Notes: a model not told the origin generated them from the letters alone. A DNA stretch of 64,000 bases from Nannocystales bacterium (GCA_050633305.1 JBOEGF010000018.1:923547-987546), one strand, 5' to 3'; shown: positions 47,938 through 58,808, numbered from the stretch's first letter. Numbers and translations are program-made.

Positions 47938-50900
47938 CTAGCCGTCGAAGGCATCGACCCACGTGTGGATTTCGTCCGCGCGTTCGGGCTGGCCGTGCTT
48001 GGCGTAGAGCTCGGCCGCTCCCTCGGCTCGCTTGCGAACCGCGTCTGGGGGGTCCGCCGCGCCTCGTTCGGCTCGCGCGAGCGCCCATAGCAGGTCGGCG
48101 CGCTCGAGCGGGTGGCCTCCGTGGAGATCGAGCAGGGCGAGTGCAGCCCTCAGTCGCTTCGTGGCTTCGGGTGGACGCTCGGCCGCCAGCTCCGTGAGGC
48201 CGAGGCCCTTGAGCACCAACATCAGCATCACCGGCTCCTGCTCGCCGCGGGACTCCACCGCAGGCAGAAGGGCCTCGTAGGCCTCTCGTGCGCGGCTGTG
48301 CCGGCCGAGCTCCAGCAAGGTCTCCGCCAGGTTGGCACGGGTGAGCAGTGCCTCTGAATCCTCGGGGCTACGGGACGCCTCGATGTGCTCGAGTGCCCGT
48401 TGCCACACGTCGTACGCATCCTGGAACTCGCCGCGGCGGAACTGAACCAGGCCCAGGAGCTGGAGAGCCTCGATCTGGAGCGGGTCGTTTGGGCCGCGGG
48501 TCCCGGCAAGGATCTCCTGCCCGCGTTGTGCGTGGGCGAGCGCGTCGTCGAGGGCGCCCGTCGTCTGGTCAAGCTGGGCCAGCGCCAGCTCGATCCGCCC
48601 GGTCAGCATGGTCTTCGGGCCGTACAGTTCTGTCCATCGCGTGTGTGCCCGGTCCAGGCGCCCCCGCGCCGCATCGACCCGTCCCAGCTCGGTCAGGAGC
48701 AGCCCCACGTTGTAGTCGTGCCGGGCGAGGTAGGGGTGTCGCGGGCCGAGGTGCTCCCGCCACAGCGCTTCGGCGCGGTCGTAGGCCTCGAGCGACAAGT
48801 CGGGTCGGTCGGTCCGACGTCGGATATTGCCCAGGGCCTCGTAGAGCTGCGCTCGCTCGAGCTCGAGTCCCGGCTGGCCCTCGAGGTCGTCGAGGCCGCG
48901 TCGGATCCAGCGCTGCGACTTGGCGAACTCACCGGCCTTGCGCTCGGCGTCTCCGCGTCGAAAGAAGAGTTCGGCTCGTCGCTGTGGTTCGCTGGGGCTG
49001 CGATCCAGGGCGACCTCCGCCCGCCGTGCCCACAGACGTGCCCGGTCGGAGTGACCACGGCGTTGGTCCTCGGTGAGCAGCTCGATCCAGATCTCGAACA
49101 GCAGCTCGCGATGCTCGTGCCGCTCGGTCAAGTCGAGGGCCTGCCACGCCAGCTCGACGCCCGAGTTCTTGTCCTCCTGCCGGGGTCCGCTCAGTCGGGC
49201 TCGCGCCGCCTCGAGCATGGCCTCAGCATGCACGGGTCCGTACCCCGTCGCCTCGGCCCGCATCAACGCGGCGTCGGCCGCCGAGATTGCCTCGTCCTCG
49301 TTCCCGGTCACGCGGGCGAGGCGGGTTGCCGCGAGGGCCTCCCGGACGACTCGGACGGCGTCGGGGTCGTCGGGAGCATCGGGGCCGAGGGAATCGAGCT
49401 CCTGACATCGCACCGGCTGGGGAAGCGCCGCGACCAGTTCGAGCCCGTTCTCGACCATGCCAGCGTCAGCCACGGACAGTGCGTGAAGCAATGCCCGCAG
49501 GTCGGCGGTCGAGCGCTCGATGCAGGCGGTGCGCCGGGCCAAGATGCTCTGGGGATGGGTTTGTCGAACGCGCGTGTCCTCGCAAGCATCGCGCTGCTCG
49601 GCCCGCCAGGCGCCGACTCGACCATCGAGCGCCGCGATCACGCGCTCGGCCGACTCCGCGCCGTAGGAAGGCTCCGCCGCGACGAATGCCGACTGCACCC
49701 GCTCACGCGCCGCGTCGTCCCATCGCTCGGAGAGCTCGGCGTCGGCCAGAGCGCACGGTGTGTCAGGAGAGCGAAGCGCGATCGCCAGCGCAGCGCCGCC
49801 GAGCAGCAACGCTCCCGCCGCCAGTCCCACCGCGCGTATCCGTCCTCGCGGTCGCTGGAGCTGACGTAGGAGCGCCTCCATATCGGCGTGGCGGTCGTCA
49901 GTCTCGACAGCCAGACCGCGAAGCACCAGCGCTCGCAGCCATCGAGGAGTCGGCGCACGGTCCTTGGGTTCTCTGGGCGTGCCCTGTGTCACCGCCATCA
50001 GGTGCGCAGCGAAGGTGCGGCCGGTGAAGGGGCGAATCCCGTAGAGCGCCTCGTACAGCGTCACGCAGAAGCTGAATTGGTCGGAGCGGGCATCGAGTGG
50101 CCTGGCCGCGAGCTGCTCCGGGGACATGTATGCGAGCGTGCCCACCACTCGGCCCGGCGTGGTCAGCTGCGCGATGCCTCGACGGGAGCCCGAGCCGGAG
50201 TTTCGTCCTGCGCCAGAGTCCGAGCCGTTCGTCGTGGGGTCGTCCACCGAGCTCGTCAGCGACGACCCTGCAGCTTCGCCTTGTTCGGCACCTGGGCGGG
50301 CCAATCCGAAGTCGAGCACCCGAACGCGGCCGTCGTGTCCGACCAAGACGTTGTCAGGCTTGAAGTCGCGGTGGGTCAGCCCTGCTGCGTGGGCGGCGGC
50401 CAAGCCCTGTCCGGCCGCGATCATCACGGGCAGTACCTCAGCGGGTGGTCGCACCGACGAGCCCTGGGGCGTGTCGTCCAACCACTTCCGTAGCGTCACG
50501 CCGTCGACCAATTCCATCACCAGGTACACCTGATCTTCATGGATGCCCGCCTCGTGGATCTGCACCACGTTCGGGTGGTTGAGACGTGCCAGCACTTGGG
50601 CCTCGCGGAGCATTCGCGAACGCGCCGACGGATCGTCTGCACGCTCGCGCAGCAGCAGCTTGAGGGCGACCTCCCGGTCGAGCTGGTCGTCGTACGCGAC
50701 ATACACCTCGCCCATGCCTCCCCGGCCGAGTCGACGCAGCAACTCAAAGCGACCCACGCTCACCGGTGCGGATCCCACCTCGGGAAAGAGCGCGGCGTGG
50801 ATGCTCTGCCGGGTCAGCTTGGCTCCCGGCGTGCCCGGGGACCCGGACGGAGGGCCGCAATGTGCGGGGCTCTCGTCCCGCGTGTCCGTGTCCACGCGCC

Positions 50901-51024
50901 GAGCATCGGCCCCGACGACCGCAGACGCAAGCCACCATCGGCCACGAGCGGAGGGGTGTGTTTTACTGCCGAGGGCCTGCGCGGAGGGCTGGTCCTCGTG
51001 CGGAGGGGGGTCTCGATCCGGCAT
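47938..51024 (-). CDS. Ser/Thr protein kinase with TM and TPR repeats
   Basis: GRGGMGEV, HRDFKPDN, DFGLA, GTLAYMSPEQ, SDQFSFC, LGPRHP TPRs; start uncertain. Confidence 0.93.
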   Translation of the reverse strand: MPDRDPPPHEDQPSAQALGSKTHPSARGRWWLASAVVGADARRVDTDTRDESPAHCGPPSGSPGTPGAKLTRQSIHAALFPEVGSAPVSVGRFELLRRLGRGGMGEVYVAYDDQLDREVALKLLLRERADDPSARSRMLREAQVLARLNHPNVVQIHEAGIHEDQVYLVMELVDGVTLRKWLDDTPQGSSVRPPAEVLPVMIAAGQGLAAAHAAGLTHRDFKPDNVLVGHDGRVRVLDFGLARPGAEQGEAAGSSLTSSVDDPTTNGSDSGAGRNSGSGSRRGIAQLTTPGRVVGTLAYMSPEQLAARPLDARSDQFSFCVTLYEALYGIRPFTGRTFAAHLMAVTQGTPREPKDRAPTPRWLRALVLRGLAVETDDRHADMEALLRQLQRPRGRIRAVGLAAGALLLGGAALAIALRSPDTPCALADAELSERWDDAARERVQSAFVAAEPSYGAESAERVIAALDGRVGAWRAEQRDACEDTRVRQTHPQSILARRTACIERSTADLRALLHALSVADAGMVENGLELVAALPQPVRCQELDSLGPDAPDDPDAVRVVREALAATRLARVTGNEDEAISAADAALMRAEATGYGPVHAEAMLEAARARLSGPRQEDKNSGVELAWQALDLTERHEHRELLFEIWIELLTEDQRRGHSDRARLWARRAEVALDRSPSEPQRRAELFFRRGDAERKAGEFAKSQRWIRRGLDDLEGQPGLELERAQLYEALGNIRRRTDRPDLSLEAYDRAEALWREHLGPRHPYLARHDYNVGLLLTELGRVDAARGRLDRAHTRWTELYGPKTMLTGRIELALAQLDQTTGALDDALAHAQRGQEILAGTRGPNDPLQIEALQLLGLVQFRRGEFQDAYDVWQRALEHIEASRSPEDSEALLTRANLAETLLELGRHSRAREAYEALLPAVESRGEQEPVMLMLVLKGLGLTELAAERPPEATKRLRAALALLDLHGGHPLERADLLWALARAERGAADPPDAVRKRAEGAAELYAKHGQPERADEIHTWVDAFDG

Positions 51025-51123
51025 TCAACGGGTAGTGACGCCTGCGCTCAATCGGATTGCGGCGACGCAAAAAAGACAGGAGGTTCACCATCGTCACCGG
51101 GGCCGGCCTATCATCGGCCCTGC

Positions 51124-51750
51124 GTGGGCCTTGGACCGAGCACCGACGACGCGGACTTGCTGGAGGCTTGGCGTGCGGGCGACCAGCACGCCGGTTCCAC
51201 CCTGTTCTCGCGCCACTACCCCAGCATCATCCGGTTCTTTCTGAGCAAGGTTCCCGAGGCTGCAGAGGATCTCGTGCAGCGGACGTTCCTCGGGTGCCTC
51301 GAGGCGGCCGGTCGCTTTCGCGGTGACGCGAGTGTGCGCACCTTCTTGTTCGGTATTGCCCACAACATTCTGCGCCATCACCTGCGAGGGCGACAGCGGT
51401 CCGAGCAGCCGTTCGACTCCAGCGCAGTCTCGGTCGCCCAACTCGCCCCCGGCCCAGCGACGGCCCTGGGGAGGAGACAGGAGCAACGTCTGCTTCTGCG
51501 AGCGCTGCGACACATCCCGCTCGACTACCAGGTGGTGCTCGAGCTGCATTATTGGGAACAGCTGAGCGCCACGCAGATCGCGGAGGTAACCGGTTTGCCT
51601 GTCGGCACGAGCAAAACCCGAATTCGGCGCGGGCGCCAGTTGTTGCAAGAGGCGATCGCCAAGCTTGCCGAGAACCCCCAGGAATGCACCAGCACCCTGG
51701 GAGGGTTCGACGAGTGGATCCGGGCTCTGCCCGAGGTGGGGCCACGCTAG
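51124..51750 (+). CDS. ECF sigma factor divergent from the kinase
   Basis: D.DLLEAWRAGD, EDLVQRTF, RTFLFGIA, LELHYWE, GTSKTRIRRGR. Confidence 0.9.
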   Translation: MGLGPSTDDADLLEAWRAGDQHAGSTLFSRHYPSIIRFFLSKVPEAAEDLVQRTFLGCLEAAGRFRGDASVRTFLFGIAHNILRHHLRGRQRSEQPFDSSAVSVAQLAPGPATALGRRQEQRLLLRALRHIPLDYQVVLELHYWEQLSATQIAEVTGLPVGTSKTRIRRGRQLLQEAIAKLAENPQECTSTLGGFDEWIRALPEVGPR

Positions 51751-51861
51751 TGTCGTGGAGCAGGGGGAAGAAGAGGCCCTCGGGCACAAACGACCGATGA
51801 GGAACGACGGCACGGGCTCGGGGGCGCCCCTCCGAGCGTTTCATCGAGTCGGGGACGACCC

Positions 51862-52728
51862 CTAACGCGGCGGGTCGAGCGGTGCGCAGACGAAGCCTCC
51901 GCCATCAAACGGGCTCGGACCGCCGCACTCCTCGGTACTCGTGCATTCCTCGAGGCAGATACCGTGGACACAGGTCCCACCGGACCCTGAGAGCGTGCAA
52001 GCGTCGTCGTCTTCGCATCCGCAGAGTCCGTCATCTCGGCACACGAGCCCTTCGGCGCATCCATCACGCGCACAGTTCGGTCCGAAATCACCGACAGGAA
52101 CGCAAGCGCGACCCAGATGTTCGGTCTCCGAGCACTCTGCCTCGATTGAGCAGACGACGGCAGCGTTTCCGGCAATATCGGTCACGTCGGTCTCCTCCAG
52201 GCCGAACTCACCGCACGAGAGCCCCTCGGATGGCGCCAGGCCACAGCCACCCGTTCCGTCGGCCTGGCCAAAGTCGACGCAGACCCCCCCGACGCATTCG
52301 TCATTCGCCGTGCATTGTTGCGTCAACCAACCAGAGAAAACCGCAGAACAGAACTCGTCGGTCTCGCATGATGCGATACAAGAGCCGCTTTCCGAGCAAG
52401 ACAGACCAATAGAGGACCCATCCTGCCAGCAGTCCTCGTCGGCGACGCACTGATACTGACAAATCGAGATCTTGGCTGGACCCTCGCCGGTCGTGCCGCT
52501 CGTGGTGGATGTGCTGCTCCCAAGGACCCCCGTTTCGTCGGTCGAAGTCGAGGATGAACTCTCGGACGGGCTCGTCGTTGACCCGGATCCCGACGTGTCG
52601 CCTGGGGCTGGATCTTCCGTGGAAGACGCACCGGTCGATGTCTCCGAAGGACCGAGGTCGACCGCGCTTTCGCAGGCGATCAAACCCAGCAGAGCCTGGA
52701 GGAAGAGGAGTCGAGGGCGGGCGGCCAT
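51862..52728 (-). CDS. Cys-rich lipoprotein
   Basis: LIAC lipobox, S/T linker, repeated C..D.[DE]C modules. Confidence 0.8.
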   Translation of the reverse strand: MAARPRLLFLQALLGLIACESAVDLGPSETSTGASSTEDPAPGDTSGSGSTTSPSESSSSTSTDETGVLGSSTSTTSGTTGEGPAKISICQYQCVADEDCWQDGSSIGLSCSESGSCIASCETDEFCSAVFSGWLTQQCTANDECVGGVCVDFGQADGTGGCGLAPSEGLSCGEFGLEETDVTDIAGNAAVVCSIEAECSETEHLGRACVPVGDFGPNCARDGCAEGLVCRDDGLCGCEDDDACTLSGSGGTCVHGICLEECTSTEECGGPSPFDGGGFVCAPLDPPR

Positions 52729-52818
52729 CAGCGGGGTGGGACGTCGCCGGGTCTACGGGATTCACACCCGTGGTTCCGCCTTCAGCGGGGTGTGCCCGGC
52801 CGCACGTTTCCCGACGCA

Positions 52819-53025
52819 TCAACCACCTGACGGCCCTGCGACCGCCAGTCGGGCCCGACGCGTGCGCCGGTTGAGTTCGGCCTGCTCCCTGTTCGTCGCA
52901 TCGGTCTCGAGCGCGCGTATGGCCACTTCGACTGCGTCGCGTGCGTCGTCGCGACCGCGCTCTCCGACGGCCCCACCGTCGATCGTCCAACGTGACTTCG
53001 TCGCGGTTGGCGTCTGCGTCGACAT
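52819..53025 (-). CDS. Possible small protein (68 aa)
   Basis: ATG preceded by GAGCGAGG; plausible helical sequence; fills an intergenic gap. Confidence 0.35.
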   Translation of the reverse strand: MSTQTPTATKSRWTIDGGAVGERGRDDARDAVEVAIRALETDATNREQAELNRRTRRARLAVAGPSGG

Positions 53026-53315
53026 CCTCGCTCACACGGAGCCATCGTGGGGCGGGGGTGTGGGTCATCCGGCTCGGGGTGGGGCCCTGGGTCGCACAAG
53101 TCCGCGCAGCCGTTTTGGACGGGAGATGCGCGACCCATGGGTCGACACTTGTGCGCGGTCCGCGTTTTGTTCGCAGTTCTGCTCTTCGGTGCGGTCTGTG
53201 GGTTTGTGGTCAACCAGAGGCCCCGCCGAACCTGCACCGTCCGGAATCCGTCCTAGCCTCCAGCGACGAGGAGGCCGCGGCGGGTCAGTACATACAAGAG
53301 ACGGCGTATAACCGG

Positions 53316-54083
53316 GTGCAGCTCGCGGTGGAACGGGCTTTGGTGGTGCGTCTGGAGGTCGACGACATCCTCGGTTTTCTCGACGGCCAGGGAATCGATG
53401 TGGACGGGCTCCCTGACGACCGGCTCGACGAGATCGTACTTGCCCGCTGGTATGCCTCGGGCGCACCACAGGCAGCCGAAGCGTTTCTCGCCGCGTTCGG
53501 CGACCTGCTGCGTGCGATCGGACTTCGCAGCTTGCGGTCCCACGAAGTGGATGACTTCCAACAGCGGGCACTGATCCACTTCCTGGTGTCCCACGCAGAC
53601 GAGGTCCCGAAGATCGGGCGGTACAGCGGACGCGGGTCACTGCAGGGATTCGTGCGGACGGTGGCGAGCCGCCTCGCGGTCGACCTCCGTCGGGCCCGGG
53701 GGTTCGTGGAACCACGAGCATCCGATCTCGAGTCCTGCGTCGCCGACGGCCTCGACCCCGGCGCACAGTTCGAGACGGAGGAGGCCAAGTCCATCATCGT
53801 CGAGGCCCTGACTCGGGCGCTGCGCGGACTCAAGCCTGCGGAACGGCGTGCGCTGCGGATGCGTTATGTCCTCGGCTTCTCTGTCGCTCGTACCGCCGAG
53901 GCTCTGGGGATTCACGAGGTCAGCGTCTCCCGATTGGTTTCACGGGTTCGGCACCGACTGCTTCGGCAGGTGCTGGCGGACCTCTCGCAAGACTCCGACG
54001 ACATGGCCGCGGGAAGCCTCGCAGCGCTCTCACGAAGCCTCGACATCAGTCTCACGCGCTGGCTGCAAACCAGCGTCGAGTGA
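53316..54083 (+). CDS. ECF-type sigma factor (myxobacterial kinase-associated type)
   Basis: KIGRYSGRGSL.G.VR.VA.R, L...ERR.LR.RY..G.S....A..LGIH..SVSR; start uncertain. Confidence 0.8.
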   Translation: MQLAVERALVVRLEVDDILGFLDGQGIDVDGLPDDRLDEIVLARWYASGAPQAAEAFLAAFGDLLRAIGLRSLRSHEVDDFQQRALIHFLVSHADEVPKIGRYSGRGSLQGFVRTVASRLAVDLRRARGFVEPRASDLESCVADGLDPGAQFETEEAKSIIVEALTRALRGLKPAERRALRMRYVLGFSVARTAEALGIHEVSVSRLVSRVRHRLLRQVLADLSQDSDDMAAGSLAALSRSLDISLTRWLQTSVE

Positions 54084-54092
54084 GGCGCTGTT

Positions 54093-56678
54093 TCAGCGGT
54101 TCGTCTCTGTCTGGGGTTCTTTTCTCTCCCGTTCCGCACGGGCGAAGGCGATCGCGGCTCGCATGTTCGCCAGGTTCGGGTCGTTGGGCTCCAGCACCTG
54201 CTCGAGGTGCTCGATCGCCGCCAGGTAGTGGGTCTCGGCGTCGGCGTGACGGTCTTGCTCGAGGGCGAGCCGGCCGCGACTGGACTCTACGATCCCCTGT
54301 CCGTACGCGGAGCCGAGCGAGGTCTGGATCGCGAGGGCGCGCTCGAACGAATCGGACGCGAGTGCGTGAAGAGGAGCTGCCGAGGCGTCGGTAGGGTTCT
54401 CTTCTTCCCACACGGCTTCGAGCGCCGCCAAGCCTTGCACGTTCAGAGCGTAGGCGAGGGAGGTCGAGCCGGGGTGGGTCTCGACCAAGCGGCGTACGAC
54501 GGGCTGCACGACGGCTAGGCTTCGCAGTGGCTGCTCTGTTTCTCGGTAGGCGGCTGCGAGCTTCAGGACAGCCTCGTCGAAGTTCGCCCCGGGTACCGCG
54601 TGTGTCTCCCGCATGAGCTGCACGGCCTCCTCCATCACGGCGACCCCATCGCGCCCTTCGGCGAGCAGCGTTTTCCCTATAACCATCAACGCGAGGGCCC
54701 GAAAGGACGCGGCTCCGATGGAGCGTGCGAGCTGCTCCGCCGAATCGGCGTGTTGTTTTGCGCCGTGTGTGTCTCCTCGAGATAGGAGGATCTTGGCGCG
54801 GACCAAGGCGGAACGCATTCGTCCAGGCGCGGGGCTCCCTGCACGGATGATCGCTGCGTCCGCGAAGTCGAGGAACTCCAACGCCCGGTCGGCGTCTGCC
54901 TGCATCGCATGGGCGATGTTGGCTCGCTCCGTCCAGACCGCGGCCTGCACGGCCGGGGCATCGCCGTCCAGGGCACGCTGTTCTGCCGCCGCGAGCAGGG
55001 CGTGTTGCTCTTCGAGGCCGGCCCTGCCCTCGGCGATGGCGGAGCTGGCGGAGCGACGCAATGCGGTCGCGTGCAGGTCTGGATGGTCGGCGAGCAAGCC
55101 GTCGGCGAGCGCTTGGGCGACGGTTTGACGCGCAAACCCTGGCTCCGCACGCAGCAACCCCGCGGCATAGGCCCCATGCACCGCGAGGGAGGCTTGTCCT
55201 CGCGCTGCCGTGGGCTCGAGTGGGGATGCACCGACGCGCTCCTCGACCTGCAGGCAGTGTTCGAAGGACGTGAGTTCCGGGAGGAGTCGCTGAAGCCTGT
55301 CGACGCCGGATGCTGTCACCTCTCCCTTGGCCAGCCGTCGGGTCATGGCGTCGACTCGCTCTTGCAGGCGGCCCAGGCAGCGGTGGGCTTCGTAGCGCTC
55401 GAGCTGACACGCGTGCTTGGAGGCTTGCGAAACCCCTTCCCCAAACTCCTGGATTCGCGCGGACATCGTCTGTGACCACTGCGTTGCGCGAGGATGCCCG
55501 CTTTCGGCCACCGCGGTCGCCATGTCGTCGGTCCATGGCTCGGGGACGCTGGGGGTGCAGGTCACTGTGGCTACGTCCAGCGAGGGGGGCGTCGTGGGGA
55601 CTCCGCCGAACGCCACCGCCGCGACCGAGCCGGCGGCCACAGCCAGCCAGGGGACGAACGCACGTACGTTGCGTGGCTGCTGAAGCGCGCGTTCGACTGC
55701 GGCCATCGATGGAAAGCGAGCGCGGGGGTTCGGACTGAGGCCTCGCCGCACGACTCGGCGCAGCCACTTGGGGACACCCGCACTTCCGGTCCATCGACTG
55801 TTTCGTCGTGGCAGGATTCCGGTGACCAGCTGCGCAAGCGAAACGAAGAAAGCGTACTGGTCCGATGTTGGCGAATGCGGATGACCTTGCCAGACTTCGG
55901 GAGCCAGATAGGCAGGTGTGCCACATAGGGTGGTGAGTGAGGTGTCCTGACTCCGCGCCGGATTCGGATTGGGCTCGGATGTGTCGGCCGAGCCCATCGA
56001 GACGATGCCGAAGTCGCCGATGACGACCGCCCCCGTGTTGTCACGGAGCAGGTTCGCGGGTTTGATGTCTCGGTGGACGAGGCCCGCGCCGTGAACCGCG
56101 ATGAGCCCCGACACGACGTCGAGCATGAGACGAACTGCCGTCTTCCAATCGGTGCCGCGGTCGATGTTGTCCGCGAGGGACTCGCGGCACACGGGCATTG
56201 CCAAGAAGCCCGGGTCGCCCGACAGGTCGATGTCGAAGATCTCGAGGACGTTCGGGTGACTGAGCGCGGCGAGGGCCCGCGCTTCTGCCTGCAGGGACTC
56301 GCGGTGCCGGGCGTCGGGGCAATGCACCAGCTTGAGCGCGACGTCTCGGCCGAGCTGCGTGTCCACGGCCCGCCACACCGTGCCTTGTCCGCCCTCTCCG
56401 AGCGACTCGACCAGGCGGTACCGGTCCGGCAGATCCGGCGCCGTCGCGGTCGGGGAAACGGGAGATGCGGTGACGAGCGCGAACAGCCGCAGCGCGTCCC
56501 GGCACCGACCACACTGATCGACGTGGTGCTCAAGTCCAGCGGCGGCCGCAGTTTGCAGCAGACCCTCCGCGTAGCCCTGGAGAACGTCGTCGTCGGGGCA
56601 CGGTCCGACCGCCTGGTCGTCTGCGCCCACGACGCCGGGAGGGGACGTGACGCTGGACGCGGTGGGGGACACGCCCAC
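54093..56678 (-). CDS. Ser/Thr protein kinase with N-terminal zf-HC2-like domain and TPR repeats
   Basis: CPDD...HVDQCGRCR, GEGGQG, HRDIKPAN, DFG, GTPAYLAPE, TPRs. Confidence 0.92.
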   Translation of the reverse strand: MGVSPTASSVTSPPGVVGADDQAVGPCPDDDVLQGYAEGLLQTAAAAGLEHHVDQCGRCRDALRLFALVTASPVSPTATAPDLPDRYRLVESLGEGGQGTVWRAVDTQLGRDVALKLVHCPDARHRESLQAEARALAALSHPNVLEIFDIDLSGDPGFLAMPVCRESLADNIDRGTDWKTAVRLMLDVVSGLIAVHGAGLVHRDIKPANLLRDNTGAVVIGDFGIVSMGSADTSEPNPNPARSQDTSLTTLCGTPAYLAPEVWQGHPHSPTSDQYAFFVSLAQLVTGILPRRNSRWTGSAGVPKWLRRVVRRGLSPNPRARFPSMAAVERALQQPRNVRAFVPWLAVAAGSVAAVAFGGVPTTPPSLDVATVTCTPSVPEPWTDDMATAVAESGHPRATQWSQTMSARIQEFGEGVSQASKHACQLERYEAHRCLGRLQERVDAMTRRLAKGEVTASGVDRLQRLLPELTSFEHCLQVEERVGASPLEPTAARGQASLAVHGAYAAGLLRAEPGFARQTVAQALADGLLADHPDLHATALRRSASSAIAEGRAGLEEQHALLAAAEQRALDGDAPAVQAAVWTERANIAHAMQADADRALEFLDFADAAIIRAGSPAPGRMRSALVRAKILLSRGDTHGAKQHADSAEQLARSIGAASFRALALMVIGKTLLAEGRDGVAVMEEAVQLMRETHAVPGANFDEAVLKLAAAYRETEQPLRSLAVVQPVVRRLVETHPGSTSLAYALNVQGLAALEAVWEEENPTDASAAPLHALASDSFERALAIQTSLGSAYGQGIVESSRGRLALEQDRHADAETHYLAAIEHLEQVLEPNDPNLANMRAAIAFARAERERKEPQTETNR

Positions 56679-56787
56679 TTAGTGTCCGAGGCTTGCCGTT
56701 TCTGTCAGGCCGAATTGCCGGCGCGAATTGCGAGGCGAAAAGCCCACACGCGGACCGACCGGCCTTCCTGCCAAATCGGTTGCGATC

Positions 56788-56820
56788 GAGGACCCGTGGA
56801 GCAGAGCCTCACGGGTCCTC
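56788..56820. terminator. Hairpin downstream of the protease gene
   Basis: GAGGACCCGTG-11 nt-CACGGGTCCTC, 11-bp stem just past the stop at 56835; no clear U-tract. Confidence 0.5.
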
Positions 56821-56834
56821 CACGCTCAGGCTGC

Positions 56835-58178
56835 TCAGAAGGAGATGAACTCCGGAAGGTCTCCGCCGAATCCGGGGAAGCCGCGCGTGATGCTCTCGGG
56901 CTGGGCGGCGATCGGTGGTGCCTCAGCGTTGCACATGTCGAGACACTCGATCTGCGCCGGGATCGAGAGGTCGGTCTCGAAGGCACAGCAAAAGAAACAC
57001 GTCCCGACGTTGGCCTCTCCGGTGCAGAGTTCCGTCGACTCCCACTCGCAGACCCCGTCGTTGTTGCACTCCCCGCCGAACGCCACGTCCTCACACTCAT
57101 CGTCGCTCGTGCACTCGCTCGCGCAGGCCGCCCCCTCCGGGGTCTGCACACAGCCCGTGTCGCATGCGGTCTCGATCACGTGGGGTTCGCCTTCGTCGAC
57201 GCCCGAGCAGTGTTGTGCCGTGTCACCGTCACACACTCCCTCCTCGGGAACATGGCGGCACGCGCCGATCGCCGAGCGGATCATGTGGTCCGTCTCCGGC
57301 CCGAAGCTCGAGTACATCGTCATCGCCATCTCCTGGTCGATGTGCTCGAGGCTCTCCTGGCTGAAGCCGAGCACGCCGGAGACGGCGCCGAAGGTGACCA
57401 ACTCGCCGTTGACCGTCGCGAGGAGCGGGCCCCCCGAGTCCCCGTTGTCGACCTTTGCGCCGTCGAGCGATCGCACCAGCAGGTCGTAGTTCCAGGCCAG
57501 CCGCGGACCATTCCACAACCCGTCCAGAGCGCTGCTGCCCTCACCGAACGCGTTGACGATGTGGTCACGGAATGTGAGCCAGTCGTAGTCATAGAGCCCG
57601 GGGAAGAGCGACATCCATCCCAGGGCCTGGGTGCGCCCCACGCCTTTGCGACGCACGCCGATCCCCGTGTGCTCGGGTGTTGCGAAGCCGTAGCCGACCT
57701 GCTGGTGCTCCATCCACACGTGCGTCGAGGGCGACTTCCCCATCGTGGTGGGGTAGCCCAGCTTGACGGGCTCGATGTCGTCGATTGTCTCCCCGAGGAT
57801 CGCGATCGCCACATCGGAACCCAGGCCCATCTGCCCTGCCGCAACGTCCATCTCCCAAAACACGCTCTCGATGGGCACGACGCGGTCGGGGTTTGCCGTG
57901 TCGTGCCCGATTGCGAAGCCGAACTCGGCCGGGAACGAGAGGAGGAAGCAGTGCTTCGCCGTCACGACCACATCGGGGGCCACGAGCGTGCCCGTGCAAA
58001 ACGAGTCCACACCATCCTCTTCGATCGTGACCATCGAGCCCACGGCGTTGAGGCTCGCCTCCGGCGCGATCTCTCCGTGGTAGCGGTGTTCCGTATTCGT
58101 CGGAGGCGCGTCATCCTCGGTTGCGCAACCGAGTGCCAAGAGCGCGAGGAGCAAGGGGAAACCTAGAGTCTTCGTCAT
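56835..58178 (-). CDS. Trypsin-like (S1) serine protease lipoprotein with Cys-rich tail
   Basis: ALGC lipobox, CTGTL, TAKHC, SDVAI, GDSGGP triad motifs. Confidence 0.9.
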   Translation of the reverse strand: MTKTLGFPLLLALLALGCATEDDAPPTNTEHRYHGEIAPEASLNAVGSMVTIEEDGVDSFCTGTLVAPDVVVTAKHCFLLSFPAEFGFAIGHDTANPDRVVPIESVFWEMDVAAGQMGLGSDVAIAILGETIDDIEPVKLGYPTTMGKSPSTHVWMEHQQVGYGFATPEHTGIGVRRKGVGRTQALGWMSLFPGLYDYDWLTFRDHIVNAFGEGSSALDGLWNGPRLAWNYDLLVRSLDGAKVDNGDSGGPLLATVNGELVTFGAVSGVLGFSQESLEHIDQEMAMTMYSSFGPETDHMIRSAIGACRHVPEEGVCDGDTAQHCSGVDEGEPHVIETACDTGCVQTPEGAACASECTSDDECEDVAFGGECNNDGVCEWESTELCTGEANVGTCFFCCAFETDLSIPAQIECLDMCNAEAPPIAAQPESITRGFPGFGGDLPEFISF

Positions 58179-58699
58179 ATCAGTGGTCCTTCATTCGCGG
58201 CAGACGAGGTGTCACCGCAGAACTAACCCTCCGGCGTGAAGAAAATCTGACGAGGGTCTTCGACCTCCCGCCGGGTACGTCACGCTCGGTCGGACTCTGT
58301 GGTCCGGCCGCCCGCCCAACCCCGGATACGGAGGTCGTCTGCATTGCGGTCGTGGAGCCGCGCCGAACAACTCAGACCACGAGATGGGTCGAGCCGCGGG
58401 CGCTTGCGTCGTGTTCAGGGACGTGTCCGACGTGGGAGCTGCGGCGTCAGAGGCTCGAGGGCTCAGCAAGCGTCCGGACCCTGAGGGTCGACGCACTGCT
58501 GAGCGCAGCGGAGCATACGCGCCGCACAGAGTTCAAGCTCGAAGTCGTCTTGCGCCATCTCTCCGTCGTTGTCCAACACGACCACGCTCAACGTCACCGG
58601 CCCGGCCTCCCCTTCGTTGATGCTCGAGATGTCCTGACACGGAATCGAGTACGAAAACGTCCCAGCCGAAACCTGAACCAGGACGCCGAGCAGGTTGTC

Positions 58700-58807
58700 G
58701 CCCTGTCGCAAGACGCGAACGTCGCGCCTCCTGGGCACTACATGCTGTTCGTGCTCTCCGAGTCGGGCACCCCGTCGGAAGCGGTCTATGTTCAAGTTGG
58801 AGAATGA
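58700..58807 (+). pseudogene. C-terminal remnant of a galactose-oxidase-like (DUF1929) gene
   Basis: DANVAPPGHYMLFVL...GTPSEA.YVQV matches the end of DUF1929; the rest of the gene is absent. Confidence 0.7.
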
Positions 58808-58808
58808 G

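Noticed and set aside
51025..52770. Shared AATCC..CGTC promoter upstream of the 51024 kinase and the 52728 lipoprotein (minus strand)
   Set aside because: The match is short and the spacing differs (13 vs 14 nt), so it could be chance.
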